A DNA stretch of 64,000 nt from an uncultured Chthonomonas sp. (GCA_903951425.1 CAJBBX010000118.1:7702-71701), one strand, 5' to 3'. Counted from the stretch's first letter, positions 27,185 through 40,318 are shown. Made by a program: numbers and translations. Notes: generated from the sequence alone by a model not told the origin.

Positions 27185-27385
27185 TTTTGAGGGCAATGGT
27201 CGGTTGAGCGATCTGGAACCAAGTGTTCATAACTGCCGCAACAGGGGATGTGCCTCCGAGTTCTACTACCGGCCGTAGGCCGAAGCAGGAATACGTACCA
27301 AGACCGGTGTACTGTGGATGTGTCGAATCTCAAGCTGCTGTTCGTCAGTTCTCGCGGGCAAGCGTTCACCCAGAAGGAGGTCGTC

Positions 27386-30300
27386 GTGTTTGGTACTGGG
27401 AGGTCTTGGCGTCGGATGGGGCCGACCACGGTGGTGCGCATCGTGGCGTCGGCCGTTCTATGTGTCGCACTCGGGGTTTTCACCGTCCCTGCTCGAGCCG
27501 ACGGCTCTGCGCGGGCTTGGGGGATGAACCAGCGCGGCCAACTTGGGGACGGTACCACGGCTGATCGGTCGACGCCGTGCCTTGTCACAGACTCCGCGGA
27601 TGTCGTGGCGGTATCGGCGGGCGACTCATTCAGCATGATGCTGCGCACAAACGGAACGGTGTGGGCGTGGGGCTAGAACCAGGTGAGTGGCGGAGGTCAG
27701 TTGGGCGACGGCACGTCGGTCGACAGGTGGACCCCGGTCAAGGTCTTGGGCCTGACCGATGTGGTCGGAATCTCGTGCGGCAACGTCCACTCCCTCGCGG
27801 TCAAGTCCGATGGCTCGGCTTGGGCGTGGGGTACGGACCAGAACGGGCGGCTGGGCGACGGAACGACCGCCACCAACAGAACCACGCCGGTTAGGGTCGT
27901 GGGCCTAACTGGGATCACCTCGGTCTCCGGCGGGTCGGGCCATAGCCTGGCGCGCAAGTCCGACGGCACTGTTTGGTCGTGGGGGCACAATCTGCACGGC
28001 CAACTCGGAGACGGGGGCACGACTGACCGAAACACCGCTGCGCAGGTACCCGGTCTGTCCGCCATTGTCGCAGTCAGCGCGGGGTACTACCACAGCCTTG
28101 CCCTGAGATCGGATGGCACCGTCTGGGCATGGGGCGACAATGCTGGGAGCCAACTCGGTGATGGGACGACACAGGAGAGGCGGACCCCGGTCCAGGTGCA
28201 AGGGCTCTCCGGCATCGTAGCCATCTCGGCCGGATGGTGGCACAGCCTGGCGCTACAGGGCGATGGCACAGTTTGGGCGTGGGGCGGCAACGAGGCAGGC
28301 GAGCTAGGCGATGGGACTATCACCCGCCGTTTCGCGCCCGTGCAGGTACAAGGGCTGGTTGCGCCGGTCGCCATCGCGGCGGGCGCCGCCCAGAGCCTCG
28401 CCGTGTTGCGCGGTGGCACGGCCATGGCGTGGGGGTCGAATAGCCACGGGGAGTTGGGCGACGGTACGACGACCGACCGCTTGATCCCGACAGCCGTGCC
28501 CGGCCTTGGAGGCGTTACCGCAATCGCGGGCGGGCTCTACCACACGGTCGCGGCAACGAATGCGCAGCCCCTCCTTAACTTCCAGACAGGCGTCGGTACC
28601 GTCGGGCAACGGGACTCTGCCCTCTGGGTCCAAGGGAACTGGATCTACGTAGCCAGCGAGGCGTGGGTGACGGCTGTCGCCCTGTCCCTCCAGCGCCCAT
28701 ACATCATCAACCAGAACGCAGCCTGGCATAGCCCGATCCCGGGCGGACACTATGTATCCCCGTCCAGCACAGGGTCGGGCGCACGGGGAGGCTACGAGTA
28801 CTTTGTGGAGTTCAACCGCCCTGTCGGGCCGGGTACTACCACTCTGGACCTCCAATGGCAAGCCGATGATGCCGCACTTCCTAATATTAACGGCATCTAT
28901 GTTCCTAACATGTACGCGAGTTATTTCAAGGCTGAACACGAAGTGCGTGATATCAGTGCTCTAGTGCAACCAGGGGTGAACCGGTTGAGCTTCTTCGTCT
29001 GCAACGTCTCAGGTCCCACGGCGCTTGACTGCAAGGTCCTGATCACGTTCCAGCCGTCTCCTACCGGCCAGATCACGGTCGAGACCACATCGGGCGCACC
29101 TGGGGCGCTTGTTCCGCTCAGAGCGACACTTACGGCCGACGGCCAGCCGCAGACCGGTAAGACCGTTGCGTTCACCGTTGGCGGGCAGGTGATGGGCTCT
29201 GATCAGACCGATCTGACCGGCAAGGCGACGCTCGAGATTGGCGTCCCGGACACACTGGGTGCGGGCGATGTCGAGGTACGTGCCGCCTTCGCGGGTGATG
29301 CCGGGTGCGGCGCGACGACCGGTACGGGCGCGCTTACGATCCTGAAGGGTGATACGAGGCCCTACGTGGTCGTGCGCTCGGGTCTGATCACGGACTCGGT
29401 GCGCCTGAAGGCCTGGCTGAAGCGCCTGACCGACAACGCATGGCTGGTCGGACGCACGGTGGAGTTCGCGATCGACGGCGCTGCGGTCGGCACGGGCACG
29501 GTCGGCGCCGATGGAATGGCCTACCTGGACTGGATTATCACGGCCGGGCCGTCGGAGCGGACCATCACGGCTAGCTACGCGGGCGAGGCAGTGTACAACC
29601 CGTCAACCGGCTCTGCACCACTCCTGGCGCTGACCACCAACACGAAGCTGTACGTTCCGGACAGGACGGCAGCGATCTACGACTACACGGTCCTCAAGGC
29701 GTGGCTGTACAAGAACCCCGGTAACGTGCCGATAGGCGGCAAGCCCCTGGCGTTCACGGTTGGCGGCACCGACCTCGGCAAGGCCACGACGATCAGCACC
29801 GGGCAGGCGCAGATCTACTACACCATTCCCGTGGCATCTGGAGCCGGTACTCGGCCCATCTACGTTACATGGTCCGGCGACGCAGGCTATATGCCAAGCG
29901 CGTCTTCGGCCGTTCTGAACGCTCTGTACGCCCGAACCTACCTCTGGACCGGCGACCGCACGCCGCTCCGTGGAGAGGCGATCTTTGTCAAGGCGCTACT
30001 TCGGTGCCTGCCCAGCTACGCCCCCGTGATGGGTCTGCCGGTGAGCTTCCAGATTGATGGCACCGGCATTGGGTCGGCGCCGACGGCTGTGACCGGGTGG
30101 GCCGGGGTCAACTGGACGGTGCCGGAATCGATGACCGGTACGCACCAGATCAAGGCGGACGCGCCGGGCGATGCGACCTTCGCACCGGCTTCGGCCACGG
30201 CGACCCTGACGCCGAAGGCAATGGTGCCGACCTATCTATGGACAGGCGACCGCACGCTTCGGCCCGGGCAGGTCCTCACCATCGTTTCACTGCTCCGGCG

Positions 30301-31009
30301 AACCTCCGACTACGCGCCGCTGTCTGGCCGAACAGTGGATGCCGCGATCGACGGGACCAGTGTCGGCTCCGGGGTGACCGCAGTCGATGGTTGGTCACAG
30401 GTCAGTTGGACGATGCCCGTGAACATGACGGGCCAGCATGTGATCAAGGTCAGTTACGCGGGTGAAACGCTGTACCAGCCGTCTACGGGCACAGCCAAGC
30501 TGGCGCCGTATCCGGACATCGTCGTGAACGGGAGCTTCGAGTTCGGCGTGAACCCGCCCAATATCGACGGTAGGTCTCTCAGTGCAGGCTCCACGGACCT
30601 GGCGGGCTGGAGTATCGTCAAGGAGCAGATTGACTGGCTGGGACCCACGCGCTGGATTGCATCGGATGGGAGCCGGTGCCTTGATATGAACGGGACGCCA
30701 GGGGTCGGCGCCATTCAGCAGGTTCTGCCCACAGTCGCCGGGCAGGACTACGTGCTCAAGTTCGACCTCGCGGCCGAACCCGACCTTGGCCCGCGCACAT
30801 CTTGGATCCGGGTTCAGGTAGGCAGCCTCACGCACGACTTCTCGGCCGTCACCACGTCAAGCAACACGCCATCGAACATGGGATGGACGACACAGACGCT
30901 GACGTTTCGGGCCACCGCGTCAACGACTGCTCTGACGTTCACGAGCTTGGACACGACCTTCACAGACACGGGTCCGAACCTCGACAACGTTCGCGTCAAC
31001 GCGTACTAG
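27386..31009 (+). pseudogene. Giant secreted RCC1 7-bladed propeller / 5x Ig-like repeat / choice-of-anchor-C (DUF642)-like protein, interrupted by one in-frame TAG (27674-27676)
   Basis: AAGGAGG lies 6 nt before GTG 27386. Signal ...VVRIVASAVLCVALGVFTVPARA. Seven WxWGxNxxGQLGDGT blades occur, with blade 1 upstream and blades 2-7 downstream of the TAG in the same frame (track ORFs 27248..27676 and 27683..31009). The C-terminus IVVNGSFE...GW...IDWLG...DMNG...GPNLDNVRV is choice-of-anchor-C-like. Confidence 0.7.
29066..30505 (+). repeat. Five tandem ~96-aa (about 290-nt) Ig-like coding repeats inside the RCC1 gene
   Basis: The units each contain ...V.F.(V/I)(G/D)G..(V/L/I)G...T...G.A...(W/Y/I)..P...G.......(Y/F/W)(A/S)GD(A/E)... 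The last two units begin ...TYLWTGDRT... Confidence 0.75.
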
Positions 31010-31044
31010 GCCTTAGCATCACTGGCGTGGCGTAGCTCGGCTCT

Positions 31045-31073
31045 GGCGCATGGCGATCCTGCCGCCATGCGCC
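31045..31073. terminator. Bidirectional hairpin between the RCC1 gene and the convergent three-ORF cassette
   Basis: GGCGCATGGCG-ATCCTGC-CGCCATGCGCC forms a perfect 11-bp stem. Confidence 0.45.
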
Positions 31074-31154
31074 GGGCAGAGCACGGCTAACAGGCTACAC
31101 GCCGGGCCGCTTCAGTACGATCGACGCGTGCGCCGCGAACAGGTCTGCGTATTC

Positions 31155-31523
31155 CTAAAGGATCGCGAACCTGTCCCGGCGGCCACTGGGAGCCAGGACC
31201 TCAGAGTGCCCGGTGGCGCGGTCGACTCGTCCGGAGCACCGGAGGCCGTGTTGCTCGAAGCCGTCGAGGTTGATCGCTGCCATGCGGTAACCGGCGGAAA
31301 GCAGCGTCTCGGCAGTGGCCTCCGGCGTCGGGGGATCGCGTCGGCTGTTGATCGTATGCTGCAGGGCGCCGCGGGCGGACCCGCAAACGTCGCACCGGTA
31401 GAGCGAGGGTCCCCTCTCGTTCAGCCCGCTGCGCAGGACGAACGCGGCCTGCAGGTCGAGGTCGCTCACGCGCGTAGCGATGACACAGAATGCGAGTCGA
31501 TTCGCCGTTGCATGGCGTTCCAC
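31155..31523 (-). CDS. Hypothetical protein (island ORF c, ~122 aa)
   Basis: GTG at 31523 is preceded by GGAGG at 5-nt spacing, 12 nt after the ORF b stop. Third-position G+C is about 80% by hand count. It contains ...LAFCVIATRVSDLDLQ...YRCDVCGS... I recognise no family. The track ORF starts at TTG 31562. Confidence 0.45.
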   Translation of the reverse strand: MERHATANRLAFCVIATRVSDLDLQAAFVLRSGLNERGPSLYRCDVCGSARGALQHTINSRRDPPTPEATAETLLSAGYRMAAINLDGFEQHGLRCSGRVDRATGHSEVLAPSGRRDRFAIL

Positions 31524-31539
31524 GACTACCTCCGGCGGA

Positions 31540-31866
31540 TCAGACTGGGACGGCCTGAGCAAGCCAGCGGACGACCCGGACTACTGCGTCCCGCAGGGGC
31601 AGACGGTCACGACTCAGCCGAGCGCCGGATAGCCCCTGCAGAACCGTGTACGCTCCCTCGTCGTCCCCGTCGACGATGATCGTGAGTACCGTCCGGCTGT
31701 TACGCCAGGTCAAGAACAGGCGCCCATCGGGGTCCGCACTGACGGTGGCATCCTGCCACGGCGACGAGCCGGAACATGTCACGGCCCAAGCAGTGCCAAC
31801 CACCGTCATGGCGCAAGTGTCCGTGCCGCTTGTCGCGTCGCCCGCCTGGTCCATCGGATCGACCAT
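31540..31866 (-). CDS. Hypothetical protein (island ORF b, ~108-120 aa)
   Basis: High third-position G+C. Possible starts are ATG 31866 (TGATG overlap with the ORF a stop), ATG 31884 (MDRLRV...) or the track's TTG 31902. It contains ...ADPDGRLFLTWRNSRTVLTIIVDGDDEGAYTVL... No family recognised. Confidence 0.4.
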   Translation of the reverse strand: MVDPMDQAGDATSGTDTCAMTVVGTAWAVTCSGSSPWQDATVSADPDGRLFLTWRNSRTVLTIIVDGDDEGAYTVLQGLSGARLSRDRLPLRDAVVRVVRWLAQAVPV

Positions 31867-31982
31867 CACGCGGAGACGGTCCATGGCGTGTGCCAGCCGC
31901 AACAGGACCTCGGCATCGCCTCTACCGCCGCCTGACCGGCGCGGCTCGGCTTCAATGAAGACTGAACGGCTGTCTGCGTCAT
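31866..31982 (-). CDS. Possible 38-aa leader ORF (island ORF a)
   Basis: ATG at 31982 is preceded by GAGGAG at 8-nt spacing. Sequence MTQTAVQSSLKPSRAGQAAVEAMPRSCCGWHTPWTVSA. The stop overlaps a downstream ATG (TGATG). It is below the 60-aa track threshold and very tentative. Confidence 0.2.
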   Translation of the reverse strand: MTQTAVQSSLKPSRAGQAAVEAMPRSCCGWHTPWTVSA

Positions 31983-32163
31983 CGCGTGGTCTCCTCGCCG
32001 GATCGGCGGGGTGGTCTGCGCGCCATTCAATTCACTGCGGCGCCCTGCTTGCTCAAGCCCGCTCCGCGGGGCGCAACAACCCGCCGTCCTCAGGCTAACC
32101 CACTATGCGTCAGGTGTGCACGCATCGGCCACGTCCATACAGCCCGCCCGCCAGGCCCTTTGA

Positions 32164-32193
32164 CCGTGCCCTCCTCACCGCCGCTCCGGGCCC
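32164..32193. repeat. Right copy of the perfect 30-bp direct repeat
   Basis: Covers the last six codons (GPERR + stop at 32175-32177) and 11 nt of 3' flank of the 1104-aa gene. Identical to 27155-27184. Confidence 0.95.
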
Positions 32194-35100
32194 CGCCTCG
32201 CCGCCCGCACTCGAGCCTCCTGACTGGGGAAGGCGTCCTGCATGTACTCGCGCTTTACCACCGGGGCCGTGGCCATGCGCGGGAGGATGGGCCACCGGTC
32301 CGCCTCGAACGGGGCCGGGTCCGGGTCGGCCATGGCGCGTATCTCCGGCTCGCCGCGATAGGGGCAGAGCAGGTCGATCCAGGCGGTGAGCTTCTGCAGC
32401 GACACCGGGTCCAGCGCCACTCCGTGGTGCTTGCCGCCCATTACGAGGGCCACCAGCGGGCTCCGGTAGGAGAGCGTGGTCATGGGCGCCACGGTCTTCA
32501 GCATCGCGTCGCGGGGCATGGCGGCGGGGATCAGGCTACCGGCGATGCCCGCCGCGCCCACGGGCGGCCAGTCGAACCCGGTGGGATTGGCCAGTCTGCC
32601 CAAGACGAGCGTGACGTAGGGCTCCTTGAAGACGCCGGCGCCGGGGCGCAGCGTCAGATCGTACGCGGCCCGAGCGGAACCCGAGCCCTGGTGGCAGGAG
32701 CCGCAATGGCGGTCCAGGATCGGCTGGATGTCCCTCTCGTAGCCCAGCGTGTAGCCGGCGCCCCACGGCGGCGGGTCGATGGCCCGGGGGCGCCTGGCCA
32801 TGGCGGCGGGAGTGGCGGCCTGCGGCGCGGAGCTGTGCATCTCGTGGCAACCGACGCATCCCCGCCGCTCGCCGGGCATGACGTTGGCGAACGAGCGCAT
32901 GGTCTGGATGGCCAGCCCCCGCTCGTCGAGCAGTTGGAAGTGGAGGGCCCGGCCGGGCGGCGCGTTGAAGCAGACCGAACCATCGGCCTCGATGGGCACC
33001 GTGCCGAGGATGCGCTTGATGCCGTCGACCACCGTCACCGACAGCGGCGGACCGCCCAGCATGATGGGCTGGGTCACGGTGTCGCCCGGCTGCTGCGATT
33101 TGCGCCCCAGGGTGAAGGTGGACGAGTCCTGCTGGATGACCCGCAGGTACCGGGCCGCGCCGCGCGGCACATTCGGCAGCCCGGCGTAGACGTCGGCGCT
33201 GAAGACGACGCCGGGAGCCACGGGCCGCCCCTCCGCCTCGGCGCCGGGCCATGCCACCCGGTCGGGGATGGCCGGCGGCCTGCGCCGCGCGCGGAGCGGC
33301 ATGGCGTGAAGGATGTTGTACGCGCCCTCAGTGATCAGCTCGCGGTTGCCCTCGACGTCCATCAGGTAGAGGCCGAAGTGGGGTGCGTCGCTCCGCCGGG
33401 CCGAGACCAGGAAGAGCGACGGGCTGAGCGGATAGGGCGACCGATAGGCCGCGAACCGGCCCGACGCATGGTAGCCCGCGCGCTCCGGCCGCTCGCCGGG
33501 ACCATCGCCCACCTCGGCCCAGGGCACATCGGGCGTCACTTTGGTCAGGCCCGCCGGGTAGTTGAGCCCGACGGCGCGGTCCACGATCCCTATGCTCCCG
33601 CTGAAGACGTCGTGGTGGCCCACGCCGGCGAACATGACGCGCCGGCTCCCGGGGATCGACCTCGCCTCGAAGAGCATGTCCGGCCAGAAGCTCTGGTTGC
33701 CCCAGTAGGCGCTGACGGCCGTGCCGTCCGGGTTGGCGGTCCAGAGGCTCTGCACCCGGATTTGCTCCTTGTCCGTGTACTCCCAGCGCGTGTAGAGCAG
33801 CCGCCCGTCCGGCAGCACGGTGGGGGTGTAGTCCGGCTCGTTGTTGGCGCTGATCAGATAGATGCCGCGGCCGTTCGCATCGCACTTCGCCAGCACGGTG
33901 CTCTCGATGTAGGGCCCGCAGCGGACGAAGCTGTTGGCCCGCGTGGTGCAGAACCGGATGGAGCCGTCCGGGGCGTAGACGGGGCTGATGTCGTCGTACT
34001 GGCCGGAGGTGAGCTGCCGTAGCCCCGCGCCATCGGAGCCGACCTCGTAGAGATGGTACGTCTTGTCGGCGTGGGGCTTGAAGCAGAAGAGGACCCGCCG
34101 CCCGTCGAAGGAGACATCCGGCCGGCCGAGCGCGCCGGCGCCGGGCATGAGCCGCGTGAGCCTTCCGCCTGGGTGGAGCCCATCCAGCGTGAGGAGGCGC
34201 CCCCCGCTGGATGCCCGCTTGCCCAGATGGTGGAGCGCCTCGTGGGGCCATTCACCGCCCTGCGGGTAGGGAGTGTCCACCAGCAGCAGGCGGCTGAAGT
34301 CGACGGCCGGATCGCGCAGCAGGATGCGCCGCTTGACCTGCCGAATCGCCAGGTAGAGGTCCCGTGCGGCGGCTCCGTCCGGCGGACCGGCGAACCGGCG
34401 CACGCGTTGCGCGAGGCGGTTCAGTTCGGCCACGTCGGCCGCGAGCCCCGGCCGGGCGCCGGCGGAGGCGATGCGCGCCGCCACCTTGCGCGCCCAGCCG
34501 ATCTCGTCGCTCGCCCGCCTGAGTAGCGGCGCGCCCTGGGCCTGGTAGAGCCAGTCGCGCCGGAGCGCCTCGGTAGCCTCGGTGGGCGTGAGGGTCCGCG
34601 TCTCCGGCGTGGCGTCCTCCGCCGTCATGGCGATACGCTCATCCGGCTGGACCGAAGCCGCCGCGCCGCTCGCAAGGGCGATGCCGTACTTCGCCGCCAG
34701 GTAGCCCCGAACCTGCGCGCACTCCTCGGCGCTGAGGGCCTCGTTGTAGATCAGCAACTCGGCGATGTCGCCTGTGAGGAACTCCGTGGGGACCCCCGCC
34801 TGCGGGCACGCGCCGATGAAGAGGGGCAGGCCGTTGGCAAGGATGCCCGCCGAGGCCGCGACGCCCCTGCCCGGCGCGCCGTTCAGGCCCTGCGTGATAC
34901 GGCGTCCGTCGAGGCGCAGTTCCACGATGGAGAGGCGCTCCAGGCCTCCGCTGTGCTGCAGTTGGGCCCCTCGCGTTGTGCCATCGCGCTCCAGGCCCAG
35001 GTGGGTCCATGGGTGCAGGCCATCGCGATTGACGGCGATCCCGTAGCCGCTCCAGGGCGGCCCCCAGCTGTTCCTGCTGGAGAGCCACATGTTGTTGGGG

Positions 35101-35489
35101 CCCGCATCGGCTCGCGCCACAACGAAGGCCGTGAGGCGCCGTGTCGTCAGCGATGCGCCTGAGCCGGCCGAGAGGTACTGCCCGTGGGCCGCATCGAACC
35201 GTACAGTGCGCAGTCCGGTGGCGGCGTCAACGCGCACCGCCGGCCTGCGCTCAACGTCCGGCTGAGAGGCGTGGTTGCCATGGCCGCTCTTGTCGGCCCA
35301 GACCGACTGCCCCGCATCGCCGGGGTCCTGGGCATCGAGCCAGAGGACCAGGCGCGGACCGGTGACTGGCCCGGCGGCAGGCGATGGCTTCGGGGCTGCC
35401 AGTGCATACAGCGCCAGCAGGCCGGCAGACACGCAGGCGGCCACGCCGGTAATGCATCGTCTCCGAGTTGGTCTGTGGGCGCTCATCAT
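32175..35489 (-). CDS. Secreted LamG-domain / PD40-type beta-propeller protein with C-terminal double CxxCH module (planctomycete cytochrome-c-like)
   Basis: N-terminal signal/anchor ITGVAACVSAGLLALYALA. LamG block GDIAELLIYNEALSAEECAQVRGYLAAKYG. Propeller blocks YHLYEVGSDGAGLRQLTSG and YAPDGSIRFCTTR. CxxCH motifs: CVGCH (about 32843-32860) and CGSCH (about 32689-32709). Paralogous to 40606..44658. Confidence 0.75.
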   Translation of the reverse strand: MMSAHRPTRRRCITGVAACVSAGLLALYALAAPKPSPAAGPVTGPRLVLWLDAQDPGDAGQSVWADKSGHGNHASQPDVERRPAVRVDAATGLRTVRFDAAHGQYLSAGSGASLTTRRLTAFVVARADAGPNNMWLSSRNSWGPPWSGYGIAVNRDGLHPWTHLGLERDGTTRGAQLQHSGGLERLSIVELRLDGRRITQGLNGAPGRGVAASAGILANGLPLFIGACPQAGVPTEFLTGDIAELLIYNEALSAEECAQVRGYLAAKYGIALASGAAASVQPDERIAMTAEDATPETRTLTPTEATEALRRDWLYQAQGAPLLRRASDEIGWARKVAARIASAGARPGLAADVAELNRLAQRVRRFAGPPDGAAARDLYLAIRQVKRRILLRDPAVDFSRLLLVDTPYPQGGEWPHEALHHLGKRASSGGRLLTLDGLHPGGRLTRLMPGAGALGRPDVSFDGRRVLFCFKPHADKTYHLYEVGSDGAGLRQLTSGQYDDISPVYAPDGSIRFCTTRANSFVRCGPYIESTVLAKCDANGRGIYLISANNEPDYTPTVLPDGRLLYTRWEYTDKEQIRVQSLWTANPDGTAVSAYWGNQSFWPDMLFEARSIPGSRRVMFAGVGHHDVFSGSIGIVDRAVGLNYPAGLTKVTPDVPWAEVGDGPGERPERAGYHASGRFAAYRSPYPLSPSLFLVSARRSDAPHFGLYLMDVEGNRELITEGAYNILHAMPLRARRRPPAIPDRVAWPGAEAEGRPVAPGVVFSADVYAGLPNVPRGAARYLRVIQQDSSTFTLGRKSQQPGDTVTQPIMLGGPPLSVTVVDGIKRILGTVPIEADGSVCFNAPPGRALHFQLLDERGLAIQTMRSFANVMPGERRGCVGCHEMHSSAPQAATPAAMARRPRAIDPPPWGAGYTLGYERDIQPILDRHCGSCHQGSGSARAAYDLTLRPGAGVFKEPYVTLVLGRLANPTGFDWPPVGAAGIAGSLIPAAMPRDAMLKTVAPMTTLSYRSPLVALVMGGKHHGVALDPVSLQKLTAWIDLLCPYRGEPEIRAMADPDPAPFEADRWPILPRMATAPVVKREYMQDAFPSQEARVRAARRGPERR

Positions 35490-36565
35490 GGGCTGTGGTT
35501 CCCGTTCTCACTACTCAATGGGTCGTGGTTGCAGAGCCCGATGAGTCCATACTGACACAGACGGCGGTCGGGCGCGGCATTCGCCCATCCACACCTGGAT
35601 GTAGCGAGGCTTGCGCAGAAGGGGCGGTGCGATGGCCCATCCTCAACGAGACGCGTTCTGCATTCCGGTGGCGCGGTGAGACGCGGGGAACTGAGCCCCG
35701 GTCTGCTGCGCAGGATCGTTGAGCGGCTGGGTCTGTCGGGGGCGCCGGGGGTCGACCACGAGGGCCTTCGGGCGCTCTATGCGGGCTGGTGCCTGAACGT
35801 TCCGTTCGACAATGTGCGGAAGTTCATCGCGCTGCGCACACCGGACGCTGAGTTGCCCGGCCGAGACGCCGGCGAGTTCTTCGAGCAGTGGCTTGAGCAC
35901 GGCGCCGGCGGCACATGCTGGGCGACCAGCAACGCCCTCTCTTCGCTGGCCGGCGCGCTCGGCTTCAGCGCGAGGCGGGTGGCCGGTTCCATGCGGGACA
36001 CGGGTGTCCTGAGCCACGGCACCGTCAAGGTTCGGACCGAAGGGCGCGACTGGCTGGTCGATACGTCCATGCTCTGGGGCATACCGGTCCCACTGGGCGA
36101 TCAGGCTACGCTGCACTCTGAGGGCGCCTTTGTGGTGGAGGTGGAGCCGGCGGCGGACTCGCATCTATTCTGGTCGGGCATGCGGCCCGGCACGGCTGAT
36201 CTGCCCTGCCGCCTTCTGGTGGACCCGGCAGACGATACGCTGTACGATGCGCGGCATGAGGCATCGCGACTGCGAAGCCCCTTCAACAACCGTCTCTACG
36301 CGCACCGGAACCGGCCGGCGGAGGTGGTGATCCTGAACGGGCACACACGCACAAGCCACACAGCCGATGGGCAGAGGTCCCACGAACTCACGGGCGACGA
36401 AGTGTGCCGGGCCCTGCACGAGGATATCGGCATCTCCGAGGCGCTGATCCGGCAATGGGTCAGGTGCGGCGGTCTCGATGCCGCCTTTGAGGGGCCTAAG
36501 TGCGCGCCCATGCCCGAGATCGCGCAAAAGCCGCCGTCGCAACGCGAGTGCAAGGACGCCCTCTC

Positions 36566-40318
<3,753 letters not shown>

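Larger units (their letters stand above)
27185..32163. mobile_element. Candidate integrated island or cassette (about 5 kb, lower G+C, no recognisable recombinase)
   Basis: Bounded by the 30-bp direct repeats. My hand counts of single 60-nt lines give 47% and 65% GC inside versus 68% and 72% just outside. Cargo is the RCC1 giant gene plus a three-ORF cassette. Confidence 0.4.

Noticed and set aside
27204-27232. Possible sigma-70 promoter (TTGAGC-17 nt-TCATAA) for the RCC1 gene just inside the left repeat
   Set aside because: The -35 is a fair match but the -10 matches the consensus poorly. The promoter consensus for this lineage is unknown. Not enough support to call.
27166-27648. 160-aa minus-strand ORF ending in ...KGPERR, the same C-terminus as the 1104-aa protein
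   Set aside because: The shared ending is simply the left copy of the 30-bp direct repeat. The rest is antisense to the signal peptide and first RCC1 blade of the plus-strand gene and has no coding character.
29066-30505. Regularly spaced ~290-nt repeats considered as a possible CRISPR or satellite array
   Set aside because: The repeats are long, diverged, in frame and encode Ig-like protein domains. There are no short identical repeats with unique spacers. No CRISPR array is visible anywhere in the window.
31050-31679. 209-aa plus-strand ORF in the island's right part
   Set aside because: Arg-rich, low-complexity translation. The opposite strand carries ORFs with Shine-Dalgarno sites, coupling overlaps and higher third-position G+C.
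27185-32163. Searched the insert for an integrase, transposase, IS ends or terminal inverted repeats
   Set aside because: No tyrosine- or serine-recombinase, DDE or HUH motifs appear in any frame. The termini (TTTTGAGGGC... / ...GGCCCTTTGA) are not inverted repeats. The interval is therefore called only a candidate island, not a defined mobile element.
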